57,385 bases of DNA from Nanobdellota archaeon. Lineage in GTDB: Archaea; Nanobdellota; Nanobdellia; Pacearchaeales; GW2011-AR1. Both the position numbers and the translations under genes were made by a program. The DNA lies in NCBI GenBank assembly GCA_030611805.1, contig JAUWPB010000003.1, positions 1-57,385 on the forward strand. Reading direction: 5' to 3'. Under the pieces are notes generated by a model that was not told where the DNA came from, did not search any database, and was given only the letters and a program-made list of their open reading frames with translations. This document shows positions 26,042-35,773 of this stretch, piece by piece (within the stretch, counting starts at the first letter, position 1; each line of letters begins with the position of its first letter).

Positions 26042-28198
26042 ATGGCAAAAGAAGATATTGCAAAATTAATGAAACAGCAGGATAAAATTAGAAACATAGC
26101 AATCGCTGCACACATTGACCACGGCAAGACAACATTTTCTGATAACCTTCTTGCAGGAGCAGGTATGCTTTCAGAAGAAACTGCCGGAAAACAAAGAGCA
26201 TTGGATTTTCACGAGGACGAAGCTTCAAGGGGGATCACAATTGATTCAGCTTCAGTTAGCATGATTCATAAGATTAAAGGAGACGATTATTTAATCAATT
26301 TAATTGACACTCCCGGACATGTTGATTTTGGAGGAGACGTTACACGAGCCATGAGGGCTGTTGATGGATGCATTGTTTTGTGCTGTGCTGTTGAGGGTGT
26401 TATGCCACAAACAGAAACAGTTCTTAGACAAGCCTTAAAGGAATTAGTAAAACCAATTTTGTTTATCAACAAAGTTGACAGATTAATCAAAGAAGTTAAA
26501 CTGACTCCTCAGGCAATGGAGCAAAAATTTATTTCTATTATTGAACATGTTAACGAATTAATTGAAAACATTGCTCCCGAGGGCTACAAGGAAAAATGGA
26601 AAGTTGGTGTTGGCGAGGGGAGTGTTGCGTTTGGTTCAGCGTTCCACAATTGGGCTTTAAGTTTTCCATACATGAAAGAAAAAGGATTAACTTTCAAAGA
26701 TGTTATTGATGCTTATGAAAATGATGACCACAAAGGGTTGGCGAAAAAAGCTCCGTTGCATGATGTTGTTCTGGAAATGTGTATAAAGCATCATCCAAAT
26801 CCTATTGATGCTCAAAAATACAGAATCCCAAAAATTTGGCATGGAGATTTGGATTCTGAAATTGGAAAATCTTTAATAAACTGCGACGCAAAAGGCGACC
26901 CTGTTTTTGTTCCAATCAAAATTGTTGTTGATAAACATGCAGGAGAAGTAGCTTGTGGAAGATTATTTTCCGGGACCATAAAACAAGGGGACGAAGTTTA
27001 TATGAATCTCGCAAAAAGAAACGTAAGAGTGCAGCAGGTTTCTGTTTACAAAGGTGCCCAGAGAATTATCGTTGACGAGGTTAGTGCAGGAAACATTATA
27101 GGAATTGTCGGGCTAAAAGATGTTTTTACAGGCGAGACTGTCAGCAAAGAACCAATGGAACCTTTAGAAGCAATCAAGCATTTGTTTGAGCCTGTTGTTA
27201 CAAAATCTATTGAAGCCAAGAAAGCAGCAGATTTACCGAAACTGGTTGAGGTATTAAAGCAGGTTGCAAAAGAAGACCCGTCTATTAAAATAGAGATTAA
27301 TGAACAAACCGGGGAGAGTTTAATGTCTGGTATGGGAGAGTTACATTTGGAAATTATAGAAGACAGAATTAAATCTGAAAAAGGCCTGGATGTTCAAACC
27401 TCTGCTCCGATTATTGTTTATCGGGAGACAGTAGGCAAAGAATCACCTTCTGTCGAGGGGAGAAGCCCTAACAAGCACAATAGTTTTTACATGACTGTAG
27501 AACCTTTGGAGGAAAATATTTATGAAGCAATAAAAAACGGAGAGCTAAGAGAGGGTAGAATCAAAAAGAAAAATAAAGAAATTGCTGAAATACTTGCTGG
27601 TTTAGGATGGGATGGAGATGCTGTTAGAAACATTAGAGACGTCTACAAAGGAAATGTTTTTATGGACGAAACAAGAGGAGAGGTTCATATTGGAGAAGTT
27701 ATTGAAATGGTGTTAAACGCATTTGAAATGGTTATGGATGCAGGTCCTTTGGCTCGTGAGCCGTGCATGAAAATGAAAGTTTCTTTAATTGACATCAAAC
27801 TTCATGAAGACGCAATTCACCGGGGTCCAGCGCAAGTTTATCCTGCTGTGCGGGAAGCAATTACAGGGGCATTTAAAAAAGCCAACTCCTCACTTTTAGA
27901 ACCATTGCAAATCCATGTTATTGAAATGCCTGACAAGTTTTTAGGAGCAATAACTAAGTTGGTCGGGGGCAAGAGAGGTCAGATAATTGAAGTCAAGCAA
28001 GAAGGAACTAATGCCCAGATGAAATCAAAGATTCCCGTGGCTGAAATGCTTGGATGGTCAAATGATTTGCGTTCTGCAACAGAGGGCAGAGGAACATCGT
28101 CAATATTAGAACAGGAATTTGAAAAAGTGCCTATGAGTTTACAGCCAGATGTTATTAGGAAAATAAGAGATAGAAAAGGATTGGCAGAGAATCAGTAA
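26042..28198 (+). CDS. fusA: translation elongation factor 2 (aEF-2)
   Basis: AHIDHGKTT, DTPGHVDF, NKVDR G-motifs, and the diphthamide-loop context HEDAIHRGPAQ. Confidence 0.97.
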   Translation: MAKEDIAKLMKQQDKIRNIAIAAHIDHGKTTFSDNLLAGAGMLSEETAGKQRALDFHEDEASRGITIDSASVSMIHKIKGDDYLINLIDTPGHVDFGGDVTRAMRAVDGCIVLCCAVEGVMPQTETVLRQALKELVKPILFINKVDRLIKEVKLTPQAMEQKFISIIEHVNELIENIAPEGYKEKWKVGVGEGSVAFGSAFHNWALSFPYMKEKGLTFKDVIDAYENDDHKGLAKKAPLHDVVLEMCIKHHPNPIDAQKYRIPKIWHGDLDSEIGKSLINCDAKGDPVFVPIKIVVDKHAGEVACGRLFSGTIKQGDEVYMNLAKRNVRVQQVSVYKGAQRIIVDEVSAGNIIGIVGLKDVFTGETVSKEPMEPLEAIKHLFEPVVTKSIEAKKAADLPKLVEVLKQVAKEDPSIKIEINEQTGESLMSGMGELHLEIIEDRIKSEKGLDVQTSAPIIVYRETVGKESPSVEGRSPNKHNSFYMTVEPLEENIYEAIKNGELREGRIKKKNKEIAEILAGLGWDGDAVRNIRDVYKGNVFMDETRGEVHIGEVIEMVLNAFEMVMDAGPLAREPCMKMKVSLIDIKLHEDAIHRGPAQVYPAVREAITGAFKKANSSLLEPLQIHVIEMPDKFLGAITKLVGGKRGQIIEVKQEGTNAQMKSKIPVAEMLGWSNDLRSATEGRGTSSILEQEFEKVPMSLQPDVIRKIRDRKGLAENQ

Positions 28199-28297
28199 AA
28201 CTTCTAATCAACAAACTTCCTCGCCAAAATTTTCTTGATAGAAAAGTTTTTAAACTATTATTTTTATTAAACAATATTAAAAGTTTATAATAATAAG

Positions 28298-29581
28298 ATG
28301 GCTAAAGAAAAACCAAATATGAATGTTGTGTTCGTGGGGCATGTCGACGCTGGAAAATCAACAGTAGTTGGACAATTAATGTTCCAGTCAGGTGCTGTTT
28401 CTGATCAAGAAATGAAAAAGTTGAAAGAAGAGGCTGAAAAGCATGGTAAAGTAGGTTTTGAATTTGCTTATGTCATGGATAAAATTAAAGAAGAAAGAGA
28501 AAGAGGAGTTACAATTGATCTGGCTTATAAAAAACTTGTAACACAAAAATTTGAAGTCACAATTATTGATGCTCCCGGACACAGAGATTTTGTTAAAAAT
28601 ATGATTACTGGTGCATCACAGGCAGATTCTGCTTTCTTGGTTATTGCTGCACCTGCAGGAGTTCAACCACAAACTACAGAACACTTATGGTTGCTAAGAA
28701 CAGCTGGAGTAAAAAATATTGTTGTTGCGATTAACAAGATGGATGCTGTAGAATACAAAGAAGAAACATATAATAAAGTTAAGGAAGATGTTGGGAAATT
28801 ATTGCAAGGGGTTGGTATAAAAGCTGACGACACTACTTTTATTGCATGCTCTGGATTAAAAGGAGAGAATATTGCTAAAAAATCAGAACATATGGCTTGG
28901 TATAAAGGACCAACAATTTTAGAGCAAATGGATTTATTTCCTGCTCCTGAATCATTGACTAACCTGCCAATGAGAATGCCTGTTCAGGATGTATATGAGA
29001 TTACAGGTATTGGGACAGTTCCTGTGGGAAAAATTGTTACAGGAGTTATGAAAATAGGGCAAAAAGTTAAAGTTTTACCAGGAAGAACTGGAGAAGGGAT
29101 TGAAGGAGAAGTTAAGACAATAGAAGCCCATCATGAACAATTAACAGAAGCAACTGCCGGAGATAATGTTGGAATTAACATAAGAGGGATAGGCAAGAAA
29201 GATATTGCAAGAGGAGATGTTATTTGCGACTCTGCTCAACCTATTTCAATTGTTGAAGAGTTTATTGCCACAATAACTGTGATTAATCATCCAACAGTAT
29301 TAGCTAAAGGATATACACCTGTGTTCCATGTTCATACTGCTCAGGTTCCGTGTCAATTTGTGGAACTGATTGCTCAAATTAATCCTGCAACAGGAGAAGT
29401 TATTAAAGAAAACCCTGACTTCCTGAAAAACGGAGATGCTGCTAAAGTTAGAATTAAGCCTCAGGGAAGCTTAGCATTAGAAACACAAAAAGACAATCCT
29501 ACAATGTCAAGATTCTCAATAAGAGATGCAGGAATTACAGTGGCTGCAGGAATGTGCACTGAAATTACTAAGAGAAAATAA
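28298..29581 (+). CDS. tuf: translation elongation factor 1-alpha (aEF-1A)
   Basis: GHVDAGKST, DAPGHRDF, NKMD motifs; 427 aa. Confidence 0.97.
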   Translation: MAKEKPNMNVVFVGHVDAGKSTVVGQLMFQSGAVSDQEMKKLKEEAEKHGKVGFEFAYVMDKIKEERERGVTIDLAYKKLVTQKFEVTIIDAPGHRDFVKNMITGASQADSAFLVIAAPAGVQPQTTEHLWLLRTAGVKNIVVAINKMDAVEYKEETYNKVKEDVGKLLQGVGIKADDTTFIACSGLKGENIAKKSEHMAWYKGPTILEQMDLFPAPESLTNLPMRMPVQDVYEITGIGTVPVGKIVTGVMKIGQKVKVLPGRTGEGIEGEVKTIEAHHEQLTEATAGDNVGINIRGIGKKDIARGDVICDSAQPISIVEEFIATITVINHPTVLAKGYTPVFHVHTAQVPCQFVELIAQINPATGEVIKENPDFLKNGDAAKVRIKPQGSLALETQKDNPTMSRFSIRDAGITVAAGMCTEITKRK

Positions 29582-29664
29582 AGTTTACTCCAAAGAAGAA
29601 TTCTGTAAAAAATAATATACTAAATTACAATAATCTTTATAAAAAAGATAATTATCTTAATTGT

Positions 29665-29940
29665 ATGCGATACTTTATGAATATGCCTTTTGAAGAAATA
29701 ACAAAGGAAGAATATGTTTCTACAGGGATGTCAGGATTAATTAATTATGAGTTTACTTCAACTTCATTACGTTCCCATAAAATAATGGAAAATGTGGCTA
29801 AAGAAGCAATAAATGCTAATAATAAAAAAGAATTGAAATATGACTCATTTGCAGCATATACATTTTCATATACTTCATTTAATAATAAAATAAAGGGTGT
29901 ATCTCTTCTTGTTATCCAACCTTTAAAGAAGATTTCTTAA
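29665..29940 (+). CDS. hypothetical 91-aa protein in the slot normally held by rps10
   Basis: ORF with the AATCTTTATAAA box upstream; no S10-like motifs. Confidence 0.45.
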   Translation: MRYFMNMPFEEITKEEYVSTGMSGLINYEFTSTSLRSHKIMENVAKEAINANNKKELKYDSFAAYTFSYTSFNNKIKGVSLLVIQPLKKIS

Positions 29941-30192
29941 CAACTCATCAATCCTGCGCCAGCAAACAATTTTTCTAAAATTTTCAAAAATCCACAAAAA
30001 CATTTAAAAACCCTTTAAAATTATAAACATCATTAGAAAAATATCATGAGATTATTTCAAGATATTCACATTCACAATTTACAATCGTTTATTTAGCTCA
30101 GTGCTATTAGTGAGATGCTAACAATCTGTTAGTCAGATATTTTTCTAAGAAATCAATATGATTTCAAAATAAGTAAATAATTTAAATATACA

Positions 30193-31341
30193 ATGGCAAA
30201 AATAAGTCCGGTATCGATAAAATATATGATACATGCTACTTTTGAAGCTGAAGGTGCTTTGGAAAAACCTGATGTAATCGGAGCTATATTCGGGCAGACA
30301 GAGGGATTGCTCGGTGCTGATTTAGAAATGAGAGAATTGCAGAAAGAAGGAAAAATCGGTAGAATTGAAGTTTCCTTGGAACGAAGGGATAGAAGGACTA
30401 TGGGTTCTATTAAAGTTCCTACTGCATTAGACCAATCAGAAACAACTTTGATTGCTGCTGCAATGGAAACAATAGAAAGAATAGGTCCGTGCGATTCTCA
30501 GATAGAAGTTGAAAGAATTGAAGATGTTCGGGGAAGCAAGAGAGATTATATTATTGAAAGAGCCAAAAAGTTAATGACAGAGATTAAAGGTTCGACAGAT
30601 TCAAGAGAAATTGCAAATGAAATCAAAGATTCTGCGAAAATGGCTGAAATTCAGGAATATGGAGAAAATAAACTTCCTTGCGGAGATATTTCAGGAAATG
30701 AATTAATTGTTGTTGAAGGACGGGCAGATGTTCTTAATTTAATGAAGAACGGTGTCAAGAACACAATCGCTATGAATGGAACAAAACTTCCAAAAGAAAT
30801 TAAGGAACTAAGCAAAGAAAAAGAGATTACTTTATTTGTTGACGGAGATAGAGGAGGAAAACTGATTGTCCAAAATGTTGTTGACAATGCTAAAGTAAAA
30901 TATATTGTAATTGCTCCTGATGGAAAAGAAGTTGAAGAATTAACAGGTAAAGAGATTCTAATGAACTTAAGGAAAAAAATTCCGGTTAATGAATTTTTTT
31001 CCAATAGAAGATATCCAAAAAGAAGTTTTGAAAATCCAAAAACAGCAGAAAAGATTAATTTAGATGAAGGGAATAAAACAAAACTTAAAGAGCTTTCAGA
31101 TAAAAACCAAGGAACAGGAAAAGCAATTCTTTTAGATGAATCTTTAGGAGAGATTAAGAAAGTTTCAGTTAAAGGTTTAAGTGGTGCTTTAAGAAAAATA
31201 AGTCAAAAACCATACGTGATTGTAATTGATGGCACTGTTACGGGTCCAATTATTAAGTCTGCAGAAGAAGCAATGTGTCAGGTAATTATCGCAAAGAATT
31301 TTACAACAACAGATACGAATATTGAGTTGTTAAGTTTATAA
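30193..31341 (+). CDS. dnaG: archaeal DnaG-type primase (TOPRIM)
   Basis: N-terminus IKYMIHATFEAEGALEKPDVIGAIFGQTEGLLG and TOPRIM block LIVVEGRADV...FVDGDRGG. Confidence 0.92.
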   Translation: MAKISPVSIKYMIHATFEAEGALEKPDVIGAIFGQTEGLLGADLEMRELQKEGKIGRIEVSLERRDRRTMGSIKVPTALDQSETTLIAAAMETIERIGPCDSQIEVERIEDVRGSKRDYIIERAKKLMTEIKGSTDSREIANEIKDSAKMAEIQEYGENKLPCGDISGNELIVVEGRADVLNLMKNGVKNTIAMNGTKLPKEIKELSKEKEITLFVDGDRGGKLIVQNVVDNAKVKYIVIAPDGKEVEELTGKEILMNLRKKIPVNEFFSNRRYPKRSFENPKTAEKINLDEGNKTKLKELSDKNQGTGKAILLDESLGEIKKVSVKGLSGALRKISQKPYVIVIDGTVTGPIIKSAEEAMCQVIIAKNFTTTDTNIELLSL

Positions 31342-31349
31342 TTTTAAAT

Positions 31350-31388
31350 CCTCAGGGGAAACCTTGGGGTTTTTTATTTTTTTCTTAA
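31350..31388 (+). terminator. hairpin + T-tract terminator after dnaG
   Basis: CCTCAGGG-GAAA-CCTTGGGG (8 bp including G-U pairs, GAAA loop) followed by TTTTTTATTTTTTTCTT. Confidence 0.6.
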
Positions 31389-31418
31389 TATATAATTTAA
31401 TTTTTGCTTTCCCTAATC

Positions 31419-31493
31419 ATGCCAATCAAATTCAAACCTTCAGGACTTAGAAAATTAAAAAAAATAATTTTTAAAAGAAACAAAAACATTTAA
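31419..31493 (+). pseudogene. 5' stub of the endonuclease-IV-like gene (MPIKFKPSGL...), 24 codons
   Basis: 25/30 nt identical to the start of the intact gene at 32158 (MSIKFGPSGL). Has its own TATA-like box. Confidence 0.55.
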
Positions 31494-31517
31494 ATAGGAT
31501 GTAAGATATGTCTTACC

Positions 31518-31787
31518 ATGACAATGATAAATATAACTCGGATGAGTTCAAAAGGGCAAATAGTAATCCCTGTTAATATGAGAAATAACTTGAAAGCAGG
31601 AGATGAATTAATTATAATTAAAGATGATGAAAGAATTATTTTAAGAAAAGCAGAGAATCTAACTGAACAATTAAAAGAAGATTTAGAATTTGCAAGGAGA
31701 ACTGAGGAAGCTTACAAAAGAATAGAATCTGGAGAATTTATAACAGTTGATTCTGAAAATCTTTTTGAGGAAATGGGTAAATGGTAA
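31518..31787 (+). CDS. AbrB/MazE/SpoVT-family antitoxin
   Basis: MSSKGQIVIPVNMRNNLKAGDEL swapped-hairpin motif. A toxin-like gene lies immediately downstream. Confidence 0.78.
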   Translation: MTMINITRMSSKGQIVIPVNMRNNLKAGDELIIIKDDERIILRKAENLTEQLKEDLEFARRTEEAYKRIESGEFITVDSENLFEEMGKW

Positions 31788-31832
31788 AACAAGTTTTTCT
31801 AAGATATATTTTTATTGGAGGAAAAATGCATA

Positions 31833-32081
31833 ATGGTAGAAATCCGTTTTGATAAAAAATTTACAAATATTTTTTCCAAGATAAAAGACGCATTATTTAG
31901 AACAAAGATAATAAAACAAGTTAAAAAAATTTCTGAAAATCCAGAGATTGGAAAGCCAATGAGAAATATTAGAAAAGGAACACGAGAAATTTCCATCAAG
32001 CCATTTAGATTGTCTTATTCTTATTTCCCTGAAAAAGAAATTGTATATATTTTGGACTTGTATCATAAAAAGAAACAATGA
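31833..32081 (+). CDS. RelE/ParE-superfamily toxin
   Basis: 82 aa, ENPEIGKPMRNIRKGTREISIKPFRLSYSY...IVYILDLYHKK. GGAGG upstream. Confidence 0.68.
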   Translation: MVEIRFDKKFTNIFSKIKDALFRTKIIKQVKKISENPEIGKPMRNIRKGTREISIKPFRLSYSYFPEKEIVYILDLYHKKKQ

Positions 32082-32157
32082 TTTTTTCAACAAGCCTTTC
32101 TTTTCTTCCCTTTCCATAAACAACAAATTCTTTAAACTATTTTCATCTTATCCTACT

Positions 32158-32946
32158 ATGTCAATTAAATTCGGTCCTTCAGGACTTGGAGGAATTAAAC
32201 AGGCAATTTCTAATTTAGAAATGTATCACAAGCTCGGAATAAAAGCATGTGAAATTGCATTCACTCATAACATTTATATTCAAAAAAAGAAAGATGCTTT
32301 GGAAATTAGTAAGGCAGCAAAAAAGTTTGGAATTAAATTAAGTATTCATGCTCCATATTATATTAATCTTAATTCCAAGGACAAAGAAATAATTAAAAAA
32401 AGCAAACAAAGAATTTTGAAGTGCTGTGAGATTGGAACATATTTAGGAGCTTACAGAATTGTTTTTCATCCTGGATATTATAATGGATTTGACAAAGAAA
32501 AAACTTATGAAAATATTAAAAATACAATTTTAGAAATGCAAAAAGAAATTAAATCAAAAAAATACATCCCAAAACTTGCTCCTGAAACAACCGGAAAGAT
32601 AAATGTTTTTGGAAGCATTGATGAAATTTCACAGCTTGTCCAAGACACTAAGTGTAGTTTTTGTATTGATTTTGCACACATACTTGCAAGATACAAAACT
32701 TATAAATTCAAAGAAGTCTTAGAAAAATTTGAAAAACATAATGAATTACATATTCATTTTTCCGGAATAGAGTATGGTGAAAAAGGTGAGAAAAGACATC
32801 TTAAAACTCCTGAAAAAGATTTAAACAAACTTGTCTCAGCTTTACCGAAGAGAAAAAGAATAACAATAATTAATGAAAGTCCTTTCCCCTTGCAAGATTC
32901 TATTTTGGGATTGAGAATTCATAAAAAAATAAACTTTTTGCCATGA
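32158..32946 (+). CDS. nfo: endonuclease IV-like / xylose-isomerase-like TIM-barrel protein
   Basis: LSIHAPYYINL, RIVFHPGY, APETTGK, CIDFAHI, HIHFSGIEY metal-ligand-like blocks. Start at MSIKFGPSG. Confidence 0.75.
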   Translation: MSIKFGPSGLGGIKQAISNLEMYHKLGIKACEIAFTHNIYIQKKKDALEISKAAKKFGIKLSIHAPYYINLNSKDKEIIKKSKQRILKCCEIGTYLGAYRIVFHPGYYNGFDKEKTYENIKNTILEMQKEIKSKKYIPKLAPETTGKINVFGSIDEISQLVQDTKCSFCIDFAHILARYKTYKFKEVLEKFEKHNELHIHFSGIEYGEKGEKRHLKTPEKDLNKLVSALPKRKRITIINESPFPLQDSILGLRIHKKINFLP

Positions 32947-33001
32947 CACTAAGTGAATAGTTTTTACTTTAAAATTATTCTTTTCTGTCGTCACCATAAA
33001 G

Positions 33002-33009
33002 TTTATAAA
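33002..33009 (+). promoter_or_regulatory. TATA box candidate of the surface-protein gene
   Basis: AAAGTTTATAAAT, 63-70 nt upstream of the ATG, implying a roughly 40-nt leader. Confidence 0.45.
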
Positions 33010-33031
33010 TCAAATATTTGTGAGTATATTT

Positions 33032-33054
33032 ACAGAAAAACAAAGGTTTTCTGT
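33032..33054 (+). promoter_or_regulatory. 5'-leader hairpin ACAGAAAA-ACAAAGG-TTTTCTGT
   Basis: Perfect 8-bp stem at 33032..33039 / 33047..33054. Confidence 0.5.
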
Positions 33055-33071
33055 GCAATTAAATATATAAA

Positions 33072-34325
33072 ATGAAAATGAATACAAAAAACCTTATGGT
33101 TTCTTTTGTTGCGATTGTGATGGCTTTATTTTTAGTAGCTACAGTAAGTGCATATGATGTTAGCGGTGATTTAATAGTGAACGGTTCAGAATCTGTAAAA
33201 GTTGATGGAACTGAAGTTGACCTTGCAGGTACAACTGTTGTTAGTGTTATTGCTGGTGAAACAATTACTGTAAAAGTATATTTCACAGCTACTGAAGATG
33301 ATACTGATGTTACAGTAGAAGTAGAGATTGAAGGCGAAAAAGTAGATGTTGATGCTATAACAAGTTCTTTTGATGTTGAAGCAAACAAAAGCTATAGAAA
33401 AGTATTAACACTTAAAGTTCCTTATGAACTTAAGGACGATGTTAGTGATGACTTAACTCTTAACATTGAAATAGATGGTAAAGAGTATAAAACAGAAATT
33501 GAAGACATTACTTTAAGAGTTCAAAGACCTACATACAACACAGACCTTAAGTCAATTAGTGTGCCTCAAACTATTGAAGCTGGAGATACTTTCCCGGTAG
33601 ATATTGTTTTGAAAAACATTGGTTATAATGACTTGGACGATGTGTATGTAACTGCAAGTATTTCTGCATTAGGTGTTGAGAAAACATCTTACTTCGGAGA
33701 CTTAATTGCTATGGAATGCTATGATGATGACAACGACTGTGATGAAGACGCAGAAGATACAGTTAGTGGAAGACTTTATTTGAAAGTTCCGTATGCTGTT
33801 GAATCTGGAATTTATACACTTGAAATAACAGTTGAAAACGATGATACAATTAACAGTGTAGTTAAGCAAATCTTCATAGAAAACGACTTTGCTGAAAACG
33901 TGATTGTGACTGCTTATAGCAAAACAGTTGCTGTTGGAAAAGACGCTGAATACAGTTTATTAATTGTGAACCCAACTGACAAGTTGAAAGTTTACAGAAT
34001 TGTTTCAGAATCTACAGGAGATATTTCTTCAAGCACTAATCAAGCTGTTGTTGCTGTGACTGCTGGTTCAAGTAAAACAGTTTCAATAATTGCAAACGCT
34101 GACTCAGAAGGAGAATACAATTTTGATGTTAATGTATTTTCTGGGGAAGAGCTTGTAAGCACAGTTACTCTTAGTCTGAACGCAGAAGGAAAAACAGTAA
34201 CTAGCCCAATTGTAATCTTGACAGTTATTCTGGCAATAGTATTTTTAGTATTGTTAGTTGTCTTGATTGTTTTAGTAACAAAGAAACCTGAAAAAACTGA
34301 AGAATTCGGAGAAAGTTACTACTAA
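33072..34325 (+). CDS. secreted cell-surface (S-layer-like) protein with C-terminal TM anchor
   Basis: Signal-like LMVSFVAIVMALFLVATVSA, acidic beta-rich body, C-terminal PIVILTVILAIVFLVLLVVLIVLV + KKPEK. Confidence 0.72.
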   Translation: MKMNTKNLMVSFVAIVMALFLVATVSAYDVSGDLIVNGSESVKVDGTEVDLAGTTVVSVIAGETITVKVYFTATEDDTDVTVEVEIEGEKVDVDAITSSFDVEANKSYRKVLTLKVPYELKDDVSDDLTLNIEIDGKEYKTEIEDITLRVQRPTYNTDLKSISVPQTIEAGDTFPVDIVLKNIGYNDLDDVYVTASISALGVEKTSYFGDLIAMECYDDDNDCDEDAEDTVSGRLYLKVPYAVESGIYTLEITVENDDTINSVVKQIFIENDFAENVIVTAYSKTVAVGKDAEYSLLIVNPTDKLKVYRIVSESTGDISSSTNQAVVAVTAGSSKTVSIIANADSEGEYNFDVNVFSGEELVSTVTLSLNAEGKTVTSPIVILTVILAIVFLVLLVVLIVLVTKKPEKTEEFGESYY

Positions 34326-34426
34326 ATTTCTTTTTAATTTTTTTTATTTTTTATTTATTACTTTCTCCTTTTTTTTATATTAAATACGAGGAAAAAACCT
34401 CTTTAAAAAATAACTAAACAAAGAAA

Positions 34427-34804
34427 ATGTACACAACAAAATATTGGATAGAAGGCATAAATTCTGAAGATGAGGGAAATGTAAAATCTTATTTAGAAGC
34501 AAATTTTAAGTTTGGACGAGAAACTGCTCCTAGAAATAAGATAAAAGTAAAATCTAGAATTAAAAATAAAAATCCGTTTGGATTAAAAAGTTATTTAAGT
34601 GAAAAAGGTTTTGGTATAATAGAATCAGGACCATTATCACAAAAATATATTCATATGAATAATAGTAGAGAAATAAATATTAATGAACATTTTTTTACAT
34701 TAGGATTTGATTTTTATATGAATGTTAAAGGAGAAGTTCCAAGAAAAGAACTGTTTGATTTAGATTCTTTGAATGATTTTATTTTAACTGGAGAGATTAA
34801 ATAA
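34427..34804 (+). CDS. hypothetical protein (125 aa)
   Basis: ORF only. Confidence 0.5.
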   Translation: MYTTKYWIEGINSEDEGNVKSYLEANFKFGRETAPRNKIKVKSRIKNKNPFGLKSYLSEKGFGIIESGPLSQKYIHMNNSREININEHFFTLGFDFYMNVKGEVPRKELFDLDSLNDFILTGEIK

Positions 34805-34833
34805 TAAGATTTTTACTCTCAAACTTATTTCAT

Positions 34834-35031
34834 TTACCAATCAATAGAACAATAAGCTAATTTTCCTTTGAACTTTTTTTGTTCTTGCTTAAAATGTTTC
34901 CTGCAAAGATAATTCCATCCTTTATTTTTAGGATAAACTTCTTTATATGCTTTATTTTTACATGTTCCATGATAATCACATAAAGGAACTCTTTTTCCAT
35001 TTAATTTTTTATAACGAATTGCATTTTTCAT
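34834..35031 (-). CDS. small basic Cys/His protein (65 aa)
   Basis: LCDYHGTCKNKAYKEVYPKNKGWNYLCRKH, a possible zinc-binding pattern. Confidence 0.5.
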   Translation of the reverse strand: MKNAIRYKKLNGKRVPLCDYHGTCKNKAYKEVYPKNKGWNYLCRKHFKQEQKKFKGKLAYCSIDW

Positions 35032-35067
35032 ATTATTTTGTATTCCTTATAATGTTTAAATCTTTCG

Positions 35068-35730
35068 CTAATCAACAAAAGGAACAAACACAAATCCAGG
35101 AATTTCTTTTTTCACAACAAACTTATTTTTCTTTTTTTGAACAGCAACTAATGACTGTTCATGTTTTGAGCCAACAGGTGCAACAAGTATTCCATTATCT
35201 TTTAATTGAGATAAAAGTTTTTCAGGAATTTTTCTGCAACCAGCACTCATCAAAATTCTGCTAAAATAAAGGGAACCAAAGTTTCCCCTTATCAACCCCT
35301 CCTTTAAGTTTGTGCTCACGGCTGATGCTTTTTCAGGAAATGCTCCACTTCCATGATACACTTTAATATTTTTATAATCCTTTAAATTCTTTTTTGATTT
35401 TTCAGCAAGTTCTTTTATTATTTCTATCCCAAAAACTTTTCCATTATTCCCGACAATTTTTGAAAGTAAAGCAAGAGCATAACCGCAACCAGAACCAACT
35501 TCAAGAACTTTTTGTTTAGGTTTTAATTCAAGTAAAGAAAGCATCATTGCTATTGTGTATGGCTGGGAAATTGTCTGGCCTTTTCCAATAGGCAGTGCAG
35601 AATCTTCATAAGCTTGAGCCTTTAATTCTTCAGGAATAAAATTTTCTCGTTTAACTTTTGAAAAAGCATTTAAGATTTGTTTTGAGAATCCTCTTTGTTT
35701 TAGAGATTGGATGAGTTGGGTTTTGTTCAT
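35068..35730 (-). CDS. pcm: protein-L-isoaspartate O-methyltransferase
   Basis: GQTISQPYTIAMMLSLL and VLEVGSGCGYALALLS. Confidence 0.92.
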   Translation of the reverse strand: MNKTQLIQSLKQRGFSKQILNAFSKVKRENFIPEELKAQAYEDSALPIGKGQTISQPYTIAMMLSLLELKPKQKVLEVGSGCGYALALLSKIVGNNGKVFGIEIIKELAEKSKKNLKDYKNIKVYHGSGAFPEKASAVSTNLKEGLIRGNFGSLYFSRILMSAGCRKIPEKLLSQLKDNGILVAPVGSKHEQSLVAVQKKKNKFVVKKEIPGFVFVPFVD

Positions 35731-35773
35731 GTTGGGGGAAGGGATAGGGAATTTAAATAATTTGAGGGAGCGT

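Noticed and set aside
27811-27840. EF-2 diphthamide loop reads HRGPAQ rather than the eukaryotic HRGGGQ
   Set aside because: As far as I recall HRGPAQ is the normal archaeal version. The modified His is present, so this is not evidence for loss of diphthamide.
30085-30145. tRNA-like string tttagctcagtgctattagtgagatgctaacaatctgttagtcag upstream of dnaG
   Set aside because: It has a D-arm-like TAGCTCAG, but the candidate anticodon stem closes a 3-5-nt loop and there is no T arm or acceptor pairing. It is not a tRNA.
32041-32157. N-terminal extension of the nfo-like ORF overlapping the RelE-like gene
   Set aside because: The family alignment starts at MSIKFGPSG (32158), and a TATA-like box lies at about 32128.
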